Positions 12,778 to 23,038 of a stretch of 64,000 nucleotides of DNA are shown here, piece after piece (position 1 is the first letter of the stretch; each line of letters opens with the position of its first letter). The notes beneath the pieces are model-generated. The model had not been told where the DNA came from. It made no database searches and saw only the letters and a list, made by a program, of their open reading frames with translations. Origin of the DNA: Methanotrichaceae archaeon (lineage in GTDB: Archaea > Halobacteriota > Methanosarcinia > Methanotrichales > Methanotrichaceae); assembly GCA_963754945.1 (NCBI GenBank), contig CAVWIG010000017.1, positions 32,001 to 96,000 of the forward strand, in the 5' to 3' direction. A program made the position numbers and the translations under genes.

Positions 12778-13030
12778 CATTGTCTTCAAGCCATCAGCAG
12801 AAAAAGATCTTCGTCGTCTTCCCAGAGATATCGTCCTCCGAGCAATGGAGAAGATCGAAGATCTAAAATCAGACCCATTTCCCAGCCAATCCATCAGGAT
12901 ATCCGGTTCCGAAAGACTTTATCGCTTGCGAGTTGGAGACTACCGGATCATCTACGAAGTTGATTCCAAAGCAAAAGAGATCACCATCCATTACATTCGT
13001 CCCAGAAGCATCGCATATCGCAATCTTTGA
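12764..13030 (+). CDS. relE: RelE/ParE-family toxin
   Basis: FKPSAEKDLRRL...YRLRVGDYRIIYEVD. Confidence 0.88.
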   Translation: MASFSIVFKPSAEKDLRRLPRDIVLRAMEKIEDLKSDPFPSQSIRISGSERLYRLRVGDYRIIYEVDSKAKEITIHYIRPRSIAYRNL

Positions 13031-13091
13031 AGCATGTCTTTGACCATTCAATTGAGTAGTATTATATGCAAATAAGGATGAAGTATTCTCA

Positions 13092-13319
13092 ATGAAGCGC
13101 CTGTATGATTACACGATAGTCCTCCGCCCTGAAGACAATGGCACATTTGTGGCCTACGTCCCTGCCATCCTTGGCTGCCATGCGTGGGGTCAAACTCCAG
13201 AGGAGGCACAGGCGGAGCTGATCAATGTCTTCGAGATGATCCTGGAAGAGTATGAAGAAGAAGGGCGTATGCTTCCAGAGGATATTGATGTGAAGGCTGT
13301 CTATGCCTGCCAAAGCTAA
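13092..13319 (+). CDS. hicB: HicB-family antitoxin
   Basis: FVAYVPAILGCHAWGQTPEEA; overlaps the downstream hicA. Confidence 0.85.
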   Translation: MKRLYDYTIVLRPEDNGTFVAYVPAILGCHAWGQTPEEAQAELINVFEMILEEYEEEGRMLPEDIDVKAVYACQS

Positions 13320-13518
13320 GGACCTGCAGAAGGTGGCCAGTAAACTCGGATTCCAAATGGTGCGGCAGAAGGGCAGCCATGCCAGGTGGAAGCATCCTGA
13401 TGGCCGGGCGACTACTATTCCTATTCACGGCAATAGCGAGATTGGAAACTGGTTATTCTACGAAATTCTAAAGCAGTTAGGCATAACAGAAGAGGATTTC
13501 CGTAGGCTCCTGGAATAA
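13303..13518 (+). CDS. hicA: HicA-family toxin
   Basis: LGFQMVRQKGSHARWKHPDGRATTIPIH...ILKQLGI. Confidence 0.9.
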   Translation: MPAKAKDLQKVASKLGFQMVRQKGSHARWKHPDGRATTIPIHGNSEIGNWLFYEILKQLGITEEDFRRLLE

Positions 13519-13551
13519 GAACGCCCCATCTAACGTCCACCTGCAGTCCAG

Positions 13552-13632
13552 AGCGGGCAAACCCACTCCGACAAAGCGGCTTTTGGTGGCTCTCCAGACG
13601 CGAGCGGGGGCCCGACCGGACAAGCAGCTCAA
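13552..13632 (+). repeat. TA-array spacer repeat, partial copy R3
   Basis: acaaagcggcttttggtggctctccagacgcgagcgggggcccgaccggacaagc aligns with the 5' half of R1/R2. Confidence 0.75.
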
Positions 13633-14003
13633 CATGATCTCACCTGCCAGTCGAAGCGAGCCGGATTCTTAACGAATTCCATGAACTGGCGCAAACCTGC
13701 ACCAGGATCGTCATCGATATTGCTCTCCTCGACTTCAGCCTGAGAGCCGTTATGAATGTGCTTGGGATAGGTCGATGTCGATATTCTTTGCCAATTTACG
13801 TCTGGAAAGTTGTCATGACGGTACATGGTGCCGTCGATATGTCGCCGTTCCCAATGATATGAGAAGCGGCCAGGGACTTTGAGGGAGAACCACACGTCGA
13901 CAAAAGAGCCATCCTTTACGAAAACTCTGAGCTTGCCGCGAAAAATGATGGAATCAGTGGAAAGATCTGCATATTCGATATCGATGATCTTCTTCAGAGC
14001 CAT
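13629..14003 (-). CDS. DUF6516/TumE-like toxin
   Basis: FSYHWE...MYRHDNFPD...YPKHIHNG motif; lies downstream of a small helical partner gene. Confidence 0.7.
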   Translation of the reverse strand: MALKKIIDIEYADLSTDSIIFRGKLRVFVKDGSFVDVWFSLKVPGRFSYHWERRHIDGTMYRHDNFPDVNWQRISTSTYPKHIHNGSQAEVEESNIDDDPGAGLRQFMEFVKNPARFDWQVRSC

Positions 14004-14011
14004 TAGGTCTA

Positions 14012-14308
14012 TTACTGTTGCGGAAGGCTCTTCATTGCCGCTAATAGTTCATCTCTCCTGGCTTCCAGGTAGTCAAGCTCCTGGAAATCATCGAGAATAT
14101 CCTCCTCTAGGACTTCACCCTTCTTCAGCTTATCGTCCAGCTCGAAGATAGACCTCACGCCATGCCTTGCGCCAATCTTGAATATTTCTGCCTCAATGCA
14201 TCTCAGCTCTTTCTCCAGAAAGGTCTTGATGCTTGCCCGAGCCAGTAGATCACGATCCATCTTTAGGGTGCTTGCAACCTCATCGATAACTTCCATGACC
14301 GGATCCAT
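14012..14308 (-). CDS. Putative antitoxin partner of the DUF6516 gene (TumA-like)
   Basis: Acidic helical 98-aa ORF (KIGARHGVRSIFELDDKL...DFQELDYLE) directly upstream of the DUF6516 gene. Confidence 0.6.
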   Translation of the reverse strand: MDPVMEVIDEVASTLKMDRDLLARASIKTFLEKELRCIEAEIFKIGARHGVRSIFELDDKLKKGEVLEEDILDDFQELDYLEARRDELLAAMKSLPQQ

Positions 14309-14470
14309 CTTATTTGCTAACGTGTACGGCTAACGTGTACGTAATACATCCCGATGATATTTCAATCCTCTTATTCAGTTAGTCGGGCCTTGCCTTTTAA
14401 TTCCGTGGTCTACCTAGCTCCCATTTCGTGCACCAGGATGTAGATATGTCCCCGGGCCCCTTTCCGATGT

Positions 14471-14550
14471 GGCAACACACCCCACAAAGTGGCATTTAGG
14501 TGGTTGTCTAAGATCAAGAGTGGCCAGATCGGGCAAGCGGGCCCGCCCAG
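14471..14550 (+). repeat. TA-array spacer repeat, partial copy R4
   Basis: cacaaagtggcatttaggtggttg...ggccagatcgggcaagcgggcccgcc; gatcgggcaagcgggcccgcc is shared exactly with R1. Confidence 0.75.
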
Positions 14551-14656
14551 CTAGAAAAGCCTCTCCTCTGTATGTTTCTCTTATGGTTCTTGGAGCATTT
14601 CTGTCAAGGCGTCCTTTGAAATTCCATTCCGGATGGATACATCGGATAAGATGTCG

Positions 14657-14827
14657 TTAAATGTGCCCTTCCAGCTCATCGTGCAATGGAACGGTGATGT
14701 TGTGGTCTCCTGCTTCGGTTGTCTTTCTCAGCCTGACGTGACTTCCCCGCTGCCGGATGATCTCGTATCCTAATCGGCTCAGCACTTTGATGAGCTTCTC
14801 ACCGCTAGCAACCGGATGCTTTCGCAA
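14657..14827 (-). CDS. hicA: HicA-family toxin, C-terminally truncated
   Basis: LGYEIIRQRGSHVRLRK...ITVPLHDEL; the final helix is missing. Confidence 0.75.
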   Translation of the reverse strand: MRKHPVASGEKLIKVLSRLGYEIIRQRGSHVRLRKTTEAGDHNITVPLHDELEGHI

Positions 14828-15029
14828 GAGGCTGCACCTCAACCTCAGAAATAGACAGAATCTTTAACTCTTCGCCGGCTTCAAGGAACTCTTCGAAGTG
14901 CAGGCTAGTTGCTTCTTTTATATTTTCCATCAGCTCATCGAGGGTCTTACCTTGCGTAAAGATGCTGACACCTATTCCACGAGCGCACCAATATTCACCA
15001 TCAAAATAGATCTCGAATTTCACCAGCAC
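14805..15029 (-). CDS. hicB: HicB-family antitoxin
   Basis: YWCARGIGVSIFTQGKTLDELMENIKEATSLHFE. Confidence 0.82.
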   Translation of the reverse strand: MLVKFEIYFDGEYWCARGIGVSIFTQGKTLDELMENIKEATSLHFEEFLEAGEELKILSISEVEVQPLAKASGC

Positions 15030-15087
15030 CTTATCACCGTTTCAACTACTGTTTATGCTAACGCTAATATTTCTATGTTCCTGGAGA

Positions 15088-15135
15088 GAAAGCGAGCTTT
15101 GAGAGCTTCACGCTGCGGCGGGGCCACGAGCGAGA
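15088..15135 (+). repeat. TA-array spacer repeat, highly degenerate copy R5
   Basis: aaagcgagctttgagagcttcacgctgcggcggggccacgagcg resembles R1 aaagcgtctttc...gtgcgagcggggcccgatcg. Confidence 0.45.
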
Positions 15136-15216
15136 GCCAAGTCTTCCAGACTGTTAGAGCGCATGCAGGCTCTTTTAAGCGAAGGGATTTATCCTGGCAA
15201 TGATAATATTCAAGCG

Positions 15217-15474
15217 ATGTTTGCGGAATACATCCAGGCAGCAATGGACAAGGCCACCTATGAGATCATCGATGACCCTGAACCCTTTTATGGCGAGGTT
15301 CCCGAGCTGCAGGGCATATGGGCAACCGGCAAAACCCTGGAAGAATGCCGCAAGGAACTCCAGAGCGTCATAGAGGGCTGGATAGCATTGAAACTGAGAT
15401 TGGGGCATCCAATACCTCCTATCGGCGGCCATGTCATTAACGTGTCTGCAGAGCCGGTTTCCATTGTCGAATAA
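15217..15474 (+). CDS. hicB: HicB-family antitoxin
   Basis: MFAEYIQAAM...FYGEVPELQGIWATGKTLEECRKEL. Confidence 0.88.
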   Translation: MFAEYIQAAMDKATYEIIDDPEPFYGEVPELQGIWATGKTLEECRKELQSVIEGWIALKLRLGHPIPPIGGHVINVSAEPVSIVE

Positions 15475-15686
15475 GCTCTTGCCAGTTTCGAGACGTGAGC
15501 TATCAGGCGATTAAGCAAATTGGGTTTTGTGGGTCCTTATCCCGGTGCCGATCATGAATATGTGTCGCGGGGTCTTGTAGAGGCACGCATTCCAAATCCT
15601 CACGGAAGCGATATCAGCATAGATCTTTTGCAAAGAATTCTAAAGAGAGCGGAATCAGTTGTGAGGAATGGTTTGATGTTTCATAG
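15464..15686 (+). pseudogene. hicA: HicA-family toxin with two apparent frameshifts
   Basis: Manual translation: MSNKLLPVSRREL/RRLSKLGFVGPYPGADHEYV...IPNPHGSDISIDLLQRILKRA/ISCEEW. Confidence 0.75.
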
Positions 15687-15849
15687 ACCGTAATTTTGCA
15701 CCGAAAATTTCAGACCAGCGTGTGTCGACGGCTGATCAGATTGGCTGCCGGCACCTGGCCCGATCGTCCTTGACATTGAGCGATTCTTGGAACTGAAGAG
15801 GCCCGTTTGGCAATAGTGCAACGGTTAGGAAAAGTATCCTATGAATGGA

Positions 15850-16015
15850 TGATGGCCTTCCGAGGTAAAGCCATCCTTCATGGCATACAGGAAAGAGCAT
15901 CATCCTTTACCCAATGCACTTTTCTTTCACAACTTCTGGATCGATTCCAACATGTCTTCATGAGGGTCCATTCTCAGGACGAAGACCCTCCCCAAACTGC
16001 CCCTGAGTACTGCAT
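15850..16015 (-). pseudogene. N-terminal relic of a DUF296/PPC-domain protein
   Basis: Manual translation MQYS/GSLGRVFVLRMDPHEDMLESIQKL* with a frameshift and a stop. Confidence 0.5.
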
Positions 16016-16029
16016 AATAACTCCACATC

Positions 16030-16452
16030 TCACCCATTTTCTGCGATCTCGCCCGCCGCACTTTTAATTCGCTTTTCCAAAAAACACCTTTTCCATTTTC
16101 CTGTCATAGGCTTACCGCACCTTCCCTCGAATAGATAGACCTGATCAGGTAGGGATTCCAGATAACTCTCCAGCTCGGCCATTACTTTCGGCGAGATTTT
16201 TTTCTTCTCTCCCGTGGATCGAATTAGGATTGTTCCCACCTCAAGGTCGACATCCGATATCTTAGTTCCAATCAGATCCTCAACCTTGAGGCCTGAATCA
16301 AGGAGAAGCATAAGCATTATCCTGTCCAGTCCTGAAGAGGAGGCCAGTAATATCTTCTTCTCCTGCTCGGACAGACTTTCGAGGGAATCCACAATGAATA
16401 GTTGAATCGATGGAATATCAATGGATCGAGAGGTGATTACAGGGTTTTCCAT
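16030..16452 (-). CDS. Short tyrosine-recombinase-like protein lacking catalytic residues
   Basis: DRIMLMLLLDSGLKVEDLI...DVDL resembles Box I (TGLRxxEL) with R changed to K; YLF...GKP follows, but the ORF ends before HxxR and the Tyr nucleophile. Confidence 0.65.
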   Translation of the reverse strand: MENPVITSRSIDIPSIQLFIVDSLESLSEQEKKILLASSSGLDRIMLMLLLDSGLKVEDLIGTKISDVDLEVGTILIRSTGEKKKISPKVMAELESYLESLPDQVYLFEGRCGKPMTGKWKRCFLEKRIKSAAGEIAENG

Positions 16453-16576
16453 TAGGAGGATTTCATCAGTCGAGTGAAAGGCTTATAAATAGGAACTGCT
16501 AGACTGGGCACTGTAGACAAATGACGATAAAATGCCTACAGCCTAAATAGCGAGAAGAGATAATGGAGGTTAATAG

Positions 16577-17377
16577 TTGAGCAAGAAATATTACGTTCTC
16601 TCCTTACTACTCGTGTTCATCATCACTGCAGGACTATCCTTAGCCAAGAGTCCAGATAACAATACGAGTAAGATCGTCGAGAACAAAACGGCACCTTTGA
16701 GCTTGGAGAAACCCACGGCCAACCTGGGCAATAACAGCTCTAATGTCGCCAACGCCAGCGCTCCAGCCGTTCCAAAGAACAATGCTTCTGAGACTGCAAA
16801 GGCAGCTTCCGAAATTGCCAAGATGAAGGGCATCTGGTCCATAGCTGGAATAAAGGAGGAGCAGATTACCATGGCGCTTCAACAGGATGGCGGAGATCTC
16901 TTCGGGCAAGCCAAGTACGAGCCTCAAGCAGGGGCTGCCTGGAATGCGGTTGCCACTGGATCAGTTAACGGTGATAACGTGGCTCTGGTTATAACCTATC
17001 CAGAGGGAAAAGAGCAGGTATCAGAAAGGTTAAATGGAACTTTTGCCAACGATGCCTTCAGCGGCAAGTTCTTCGAGGTTAGCAAGGGAATCATATCTCT
17101 TCGTGGTAATTTCACCGCCACATCGATTAGCCCAGAAATAACTGACTATACACCGGCAACAGTGACTGCACCAGCGGTTACCCAGTCCACGACGGCTCCA
17201 GGAACCCCTAGTGTGTCAGCAACAGGCACCACGACTCCAGTGGCTGCCGTAAACACGACGGCGACACAGAAACCTACCACTGTGGGTGGAAGACAGAAGC
17301 CCGTCGATGTGCATGAGTGGGCGGACAAGATAGGCCCAGGCGGCGATCTGAGCGGCGTTCCACCTGGAATGGGTTAA
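16577..17377 (+). CDS. Secreted hypothetical protein with a Thr/Ala/Pro-rich linker
   Basis: Signal peptide, many NxS/T sequons, ggagg RBS upstream. Confidence 0.75.
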   Translation: MSKKYYVLSLLLVFIITAGLSLAKSPDNNTSKIVENKTAPLSLEKPTANLGNNSSNVANASAPAVPKNNASETAKAASEIAKMKGIWSIAGIKEEQITMALQQDGGDLFGQAKYEPQAGAAWNAVATGSVNGDNVALVITYPEGKEQVSERLNGTFANDAFSGKFFEVSKGIISLRGNFTATSISPEITDYTPATVTAPAVTQSTTAPGTPSVSATGTTTPVAAVNTTATQKPTTVGGRQKPVDVHEWADKIGPGGDLSGVPPGMG

Positions 17378-17520
17378 GGCATACAATAGCTTAATTGACC
17401 CGTGCACGAATTAACCGGTTGCTTGAACGATCAATGCAACCAATTTTTATCTCAGATTAATTATTCCTGTTGTGATATCTTCCGCAAGAGATTTATAATT
17501 TGCGGTATAAGAGACAAGTC

Positions 17521-18066
17521 ATGAAAGGGATTTTGCTAATTTCGCTGCTACTGCTGCTGGCGGGACAGGCCAGCGCAAACTCCTACTTCAAGGTGGTTGA
17601 CATATCTCAGATTAAAGTGGCCCAAAACTCTGAGGCGAACTTCACAGTCATCATCAGGAGCGCGGGAGGCAGCGGAGCTTTTGCCGAGCCCATCTTCAAA
17701 TTTAATACGACCAAGGGACTATCTGCAGAGGCTCCCGGCGGTTTGCGGTACATAGTTGCCACCGGAAGCCGGATCTACAACTGCACTATAAAGGCAGGGG
17801 ATATTGCTCCAGGAAACTACACCCTCCAGGTCGGTGTTTATGCCCAGGACGCACCTTATAGTTGGAGAACTGCCTATACGATTGTCGAAGCTCCTAAAGA
17901 AACAATCAATGCGTCTTTGAATGCATCTTTGAACAATTCGGTCACGGCGGGGGCAAATGAGTCAGGGTCTCGGGCAAACAAAACCGGCCCGGTAAAGACA
18001 CCTGGACCAGGAGTGTTAATCGCAATCGCAGCACTCTTTCTTGCTTCCAGAAAGGCCAAATACTGA
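17521..18066 (+). CDS. Cell-surface protein with a PGF-CTERM-like archaeosortase signal
   Basis: Signal peptide; C-terminus KTPGPG + hydrophobic stretch + RKAK. Confidence 0.7.
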   Translation: MKGILLISLLLLLAGQASANSYFKVVDISQIKVAQNSEANFTVIIRSAGGSGAFAEPIFKFNTTKGLSAEAPGGLRYIVATGSRIYNCTIKAGDIAPGNYTLQVGVYAQDAPYSWRTAYTIVEAPKETINASLNASLNNSVTAGANESGSRANKTGPVKTPGPGVLIAIAALFLASRKAKY

Positions 18067-19020
18067 GGTTGCTTCGTCCATCTCCCACCCCAGTCTCTCT
18101 TTTATTATGAGGTAGCTCATCTCTGGAGGAATGGCACCAACTTCCGTGCAAATGACGTCGATGTAGCTGTGTGGAGTGACATCGAAGGCGGGGTTATGCA
18201 CCTTCACATGCCTGAACTTGGATATGTCTGGGAACACCTCTTTGGGATCGCGCTCCTCGATGGTTACAAGTTCTCCCATAATTGTCTTGGGGCTGAACTT
18301 GTAGGTCTCAGCAGCCACCACGAAACTGGTCCTGGCCTCGTGTGCGCAGAGGGCGATCTGGGCAGTGCCTATTTTGTTGACCAAAGAACCGTTGGCGGTT
18401 ATGACGTCAGCACCGACAACGACGAGATCCACATCGTTCATGACGCTCCTGACCGCTGAATCGACTATGAGCTCGGTTTCTATTCCCATATCCTCAAGCA
18501 TCCCGATAGTCAGGCGTCCCTGCCACCTTGGCCGAGACTCTGTGGCTATTACTTTAATCGCTTTGCCGGCTTTGTGAGCAGCCTGAATTATGGAAAGTGC
18601 TGCCTGAGAGTTGCAGTGAGTTAGAACCGTATCCCCTTTTCTTATCCGGCGGCTCCCGATCTCTCCTATCTTTTCGACAGCCCTCTCGGAGTTCTCGATG
18701 AATCTGTCAGCGTTCGATACAACGGCTTGCCTTGCCTCTTCTACATCATTCGCACGGTAGCGAGTGACCATCCGAATAGCGTTGGATAATGATACCGCGG
18801 TTGGTCTTGTTGCCAGCAGGATCTCTGCCGCTCCTTTGATACGAGAGTTGAACTCATCGAGGCTTTGGACATCGAGCTGCTGTGCCAAATCTCTGAGAGA
18901 AGCAGCCGCCGCCCTGGCAATCCTTCCCGCTCCTCTGATCTCCATGCTGTCTATCTTTCTTGCGGTTTCCGTTAGCGGCTCCATCGGGCCCACTTTATTC
19001 GGGAGTTCTACTTCATCCAT
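18016..19020 (-). CDS. Ribose-1,5-bisphosphate isomerase (eIF2B-like family)
   Basis: MEIRGAGRIA, TRPTAVSL, LTHCNS, ESRP, NKIGT, NPAFDVTP. Confidence 0.88.
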   Translation of the reverse strand: MDEVELPNKVGPMEPLTETARKIDSMEIRGAGRIARAAAASLRDLAQQLDVQSLDEFNSRIKGAAEILLATRPTAVSLSNAIRMVTRYRANDVEEARQAVVSNADRFIENSERAVEKIGEIGSRRIRKGDTVLTHCNSQAALSIIQAAHKAGKAIKVIATESRPRWQGRLTIGMLEDMGIETELIVDSAVRSVMNDVDLVVVGADVITANGSLVNKIGTAQIALCAHEARTSFVVAAETYKFSPKTIMGELVTIEERDPKEVFPDISKFRHVKVHNPAFDVTPHSYIDVICTEVGAIPPEMSYLIIKERLGWEMDEATSVFGLSGSKKECCDCD

Positions 19021-19049
19021 CTAGGTATCCACTCGCGATATTGATGCCC

Positions 19050-19532
19050 TCACGCCGAGAGTTTCTTCACAAGATTGCCCACCCGGAGCCCGAGCAGTCT
19101 GCATGCCTCCAGAGCTTTCGCATCCGGCGCCCCCACGGCAACCGCTCCATAATGGCCGCCAGCCTCCATGGGATCGCCAATGACTATCATGGCGTGTATC
19201 AACATGGATTGGATTATGGATAGAAGGGTGGTCTGATTCCCCCCATCGGAGCTGCCGGAGGATGTGAATGCCGCTCCAACCTTGTTCTCCAACTGACCAC
19301 GCACAGGAGATGAGCGGTCGAAGAGCTGCTTTATCTCAGAAGCCATCTGTCCGTAGTAGGTGGGCGAACCTATTATAATTCCCCCGGCTGATAACAGATC
19401 GTCTAGGCTTACATCCCCAACCTTTTTGACTGATACCTCGACACCAGATGATCTGGCTCCCTTTCCTATCGCCTCTGCCATCTTAGCAGTGTTTCCTGTC
19501 CTAGAATGGTATATTACCAAAATTTCCGCCAT
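19050..19532 (-). CDS. Flavodoxin-like NAD(P)H:quinone oxidoreductase (WrbA-like)
   Basis: YHSRTGNT FMN loop, GSPTYYG, KVGAAF. Confidence 0.85.
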   Translation of the reverse strand: MAEILVIYHSRTGNTAKMAEAIGKGARSSGVEVSVKKVGDVSLDDLLSAGGIIIGSPTYYGQMASEIKQLFDRSSPVRGQLENKVGAAFTSSGSSDGGNQTTLLSIIQSMLIHAMIVIGDPMEAGGHYGAVAVGAPDAKALEACRLLGLRVGNLVKKLSA

Positions 19533-19617
19533 AACAGCCTCTCCGTCTACGATCGCTTTAACATTAATTTTTTCGTACTATCTTTTCCCGACCGCGATTT
19601 CTTGATCTATCAATGAG

Positions 19618-19971
19618 CTACTTTCTACTTAACACTATCTTGTCACTGTTCTTTACTTCTTTGAATAGATCCAGTCCAACAATCACCCTTCCAATGTGGT
19701 TAACAGGAGAATACGGTTGGGTCCGACCAAAGAAAACGCAAAATGCTGATCCAGGAGACCAATAGGATATATCGCCACTCTTAGCCGAAGGAGATGGGTT
19801 CTCATCTTCCAGCATCAAGGGTACCTCGAAATAGACTTCCTCCCCCCACAAATTAGCCTTTGCCTCGAATGGCAGACTCCGGTAGAACTCTGCCGCCGTC
19901 CTTGGATTTCGGTCATCAATCTCAGCGACAGCTTTGCCTCGTCCCGAAATCTCGATCTCAATGTACTTCAG
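19618..19971 (-). CDS. Cyclophilin-like fold protein (probable CTG start)
   Basis: NPRTA...SLPFEAKANLWGEEVYF...GDISYWSPGSAFCVFFG; the frame extends upstream of the tracked ORF to a CTG after a ggtga RBS. Confidence 0.75.
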   Translation of the reverse strand: MKYIEIEISGRGKAVAEIDDRNPRTAAEFYRSLPFEAKANLWGEEVYFEVPLMLEDENPSPSAKSGDISYWSPGSAFCVFFGRTQPYSPVNHIGRVIVGLDLFKEVKNSDKIVLSRK

Positions 19972-20157
19972 ATAATCACCATCCTCACAATATTCATATA
20001 TAGGTTTAAAATATAAGCATTACCTGATTAAAGATGCAAGGGGTGGAGGAATAAATCTATGACCAAAAACCTAACGCTCTTTTTAATTATGGCAGGGTTC
20101 GTGTTCGCCGGACTATCTCATGAGGTGGCCACAGGAATTGGAAGTGCATCGACCTAT

Positions 20158-21442
20158 GAGGGTTTCGATTTAGTGTTGGTTAATGAAGCCTTAAATTCTT
20201 GCGTTAATATTTTCAATCTTTATAGTGGTTTTTTAGCATATTTCACCCCTAAATTGGCTTATTAGATTTCAATTTACCTTGTTGTTTCTAATTTTTGCGC
20301 TTTTTTAGAGAGCTTCCGCTAGGCTGTTTGTTTATGCACTAAATATTTCAACTGTTCCAGGTTGTAAACGACCGAATTCATCATGAATTTTACTCCAGCT
20401 CTTGCGACAGTTGTTACATAAACATGTGCTCCCTTATGCCCCCGCTTCATAACAGCGAAGCATCTTTCGATGTGCGATCGCGTTTTACTGATTCTCTTAT
20501 TCCTCAGAAGATCTATGATTCCAAGCTTGTGACCTCTTGTAGCTTTTTTCATGGCTGCATCATATCCTCGAGTTTTTGCACCATCATATCCCTTATCGGC
20601 GTAACGTGGTAGCCCTTCAATTCCAAGATCTACCTGACTATCGTGTACAGAAGCAGTTGTAGTCTCAAAATATCTGATAAGGTGGTAATTGGTATCGATT
20701 GAGATATGACCTTTATATCCGAAAAAGGATTTGACACCCTTTTTTGCCCAACTTCCCTCATTTATTGGCTCTTCTTCGAGTCTCTGTGGTTTGGCCTTGT
20801 CATCAATAATATTATTTGAAATACCAATTAGCTCTTTATCAAACTCCTGATTCAGGCTCGTACTGGTGGCTTCGGAATCTTGACCTTCCTTTTTGTCCCC
20901 GCCTTGCTCGTCTTTCTTGTTCCTCTTCCGACCTGGGTCCGAAGTTATGAAGGTTGCATCCTGGATAGTGCCATTCTTTACAGTAAACCCCATCTCATCG
21001 AGCTGCCTTTGAAGCTCATTCCAAAGATCATCGTATACGTCGCACTTAATCAAACGTTCACGGAATAGCCAAACTGTGCTGAAATCAGGAATTACTTCAG
21101 TGGTGCCAAGGAAAATACGAAAAGAGATCCTATCCGCAACCTGTCGCTCCAGTTCTGGATCTGTTAGACCAAACCAATGCTGAATTACGAGAGCTTTCAC
21201 CATAATCACGATGTCAATGTTCGGACGACCTCCGCGGCTAGTTTTATTTTTGTATATCAATGGTTCCAAAAATCTGAAACGCTCCCAATTGATCAACGAT
21301 CCGATCTCGGATAGATCATCTCCGAGGGCTTTTACTCGAGCATATTCTGCTCGAATGGCAAAATCAATGAGAGTCCTCATGCATTATATTATAGTATTAA
21401 TAGTATATAAGTATTTCGATTGATTAGTTTTTCGAAACTCTC
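20158..21442 (-). mobile_element. IS5-family element, copy 2 (transposase 20319..21380), inserted in a small ORF starting at 20059
   Basis: Same 1285-bp sequence and protein as copy 1; flanks ctat|...|atag show no 4-bp TSD. Confidence 0.95.
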
Positions 21443-21531
21443 ATAGATCTATAGTGCTTAACTCAACGATTTACACTCAACATGTAATTGGACCAAGCGA
21501 AGCATAGCGATCATTAGTATCAAATTTTGGG

Positions 21532-22056
21532 TTAAACACTATAATTCTTAGAACGATCACTCCTTGAGATGTTCACCAGCCTCTCTATGCCTCCAATATC
21601 GATAATCACAGAAGCGACCTGCTCCGGGACCAAGCTCTTCCAGTCGCCTCCTTCCACCATCAGCTTCCTTATGGCAGTGCCGGAGTAAGACTCCCTGCCG
21701 TACATGGGAGGCTTTCTTATCTCTATCCCCTCCTCTGTGAAGAGTTCCACGACCAGTGGATTGTTGGAATAGACTAAATCAAAGGCCGGTGTCATCGACA
21801 GGACGTGTGAGACCCACACCGCATTCCTGTCTACATCTTGAAGAGGTATGACGTAGCACCTGTCTCTAAGATCCTCCAGAGCTCCATAGATCATGGTCAT
21901 CCTCTCTCCGGCGGCGAAGGGATTCTCCGGAGTATGGCTCACCTGGGCGCTTCCTACCACTATGATAATCTCATCCACTTCCTCGGCAATCTTGTGTATG
22001 ACGGCCTGGTGACCGAGATGATAGGGTTGGAAACGACCTATGTAGAGCCCGCGCAT
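21532..22056 (-). CDS. nadM: Nicotinamide-nucleotide adenylyltransferase
   Basis: GRFQPYHLGH, ENPF..GER, SGTAIR. Confidence 0.9.
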   Translation of the reverse strand: MRGLYIGRFQPYHLGHQAVIHKIAEEVDEIIIVVGSAQVSHTPENPFAAGERMTMIYGALEDLRDRCYVIPLQDVDRNAVWVSHVLSMTPAFDLVYSNNPLVVELFTEEGIEIRKPPMYGRESYSGTAIRKLMVEGGDWKSLVPEQVASVIIDIGGIERLVNISRSDRSKNYSV

Positions 22057-22072
22057 AACTGCTTCCTTTGAT

Positions 22073-23038
<966 letters not shown>

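Noticed and set aside
11069-15135. CRISPR array or canonical integron attC array
   Set aside because: The repeats are long, degenerate and separated by whole genes, with no cas genes. Canonical attC R''/R' cores and an intact IntI could not be identified by eye.
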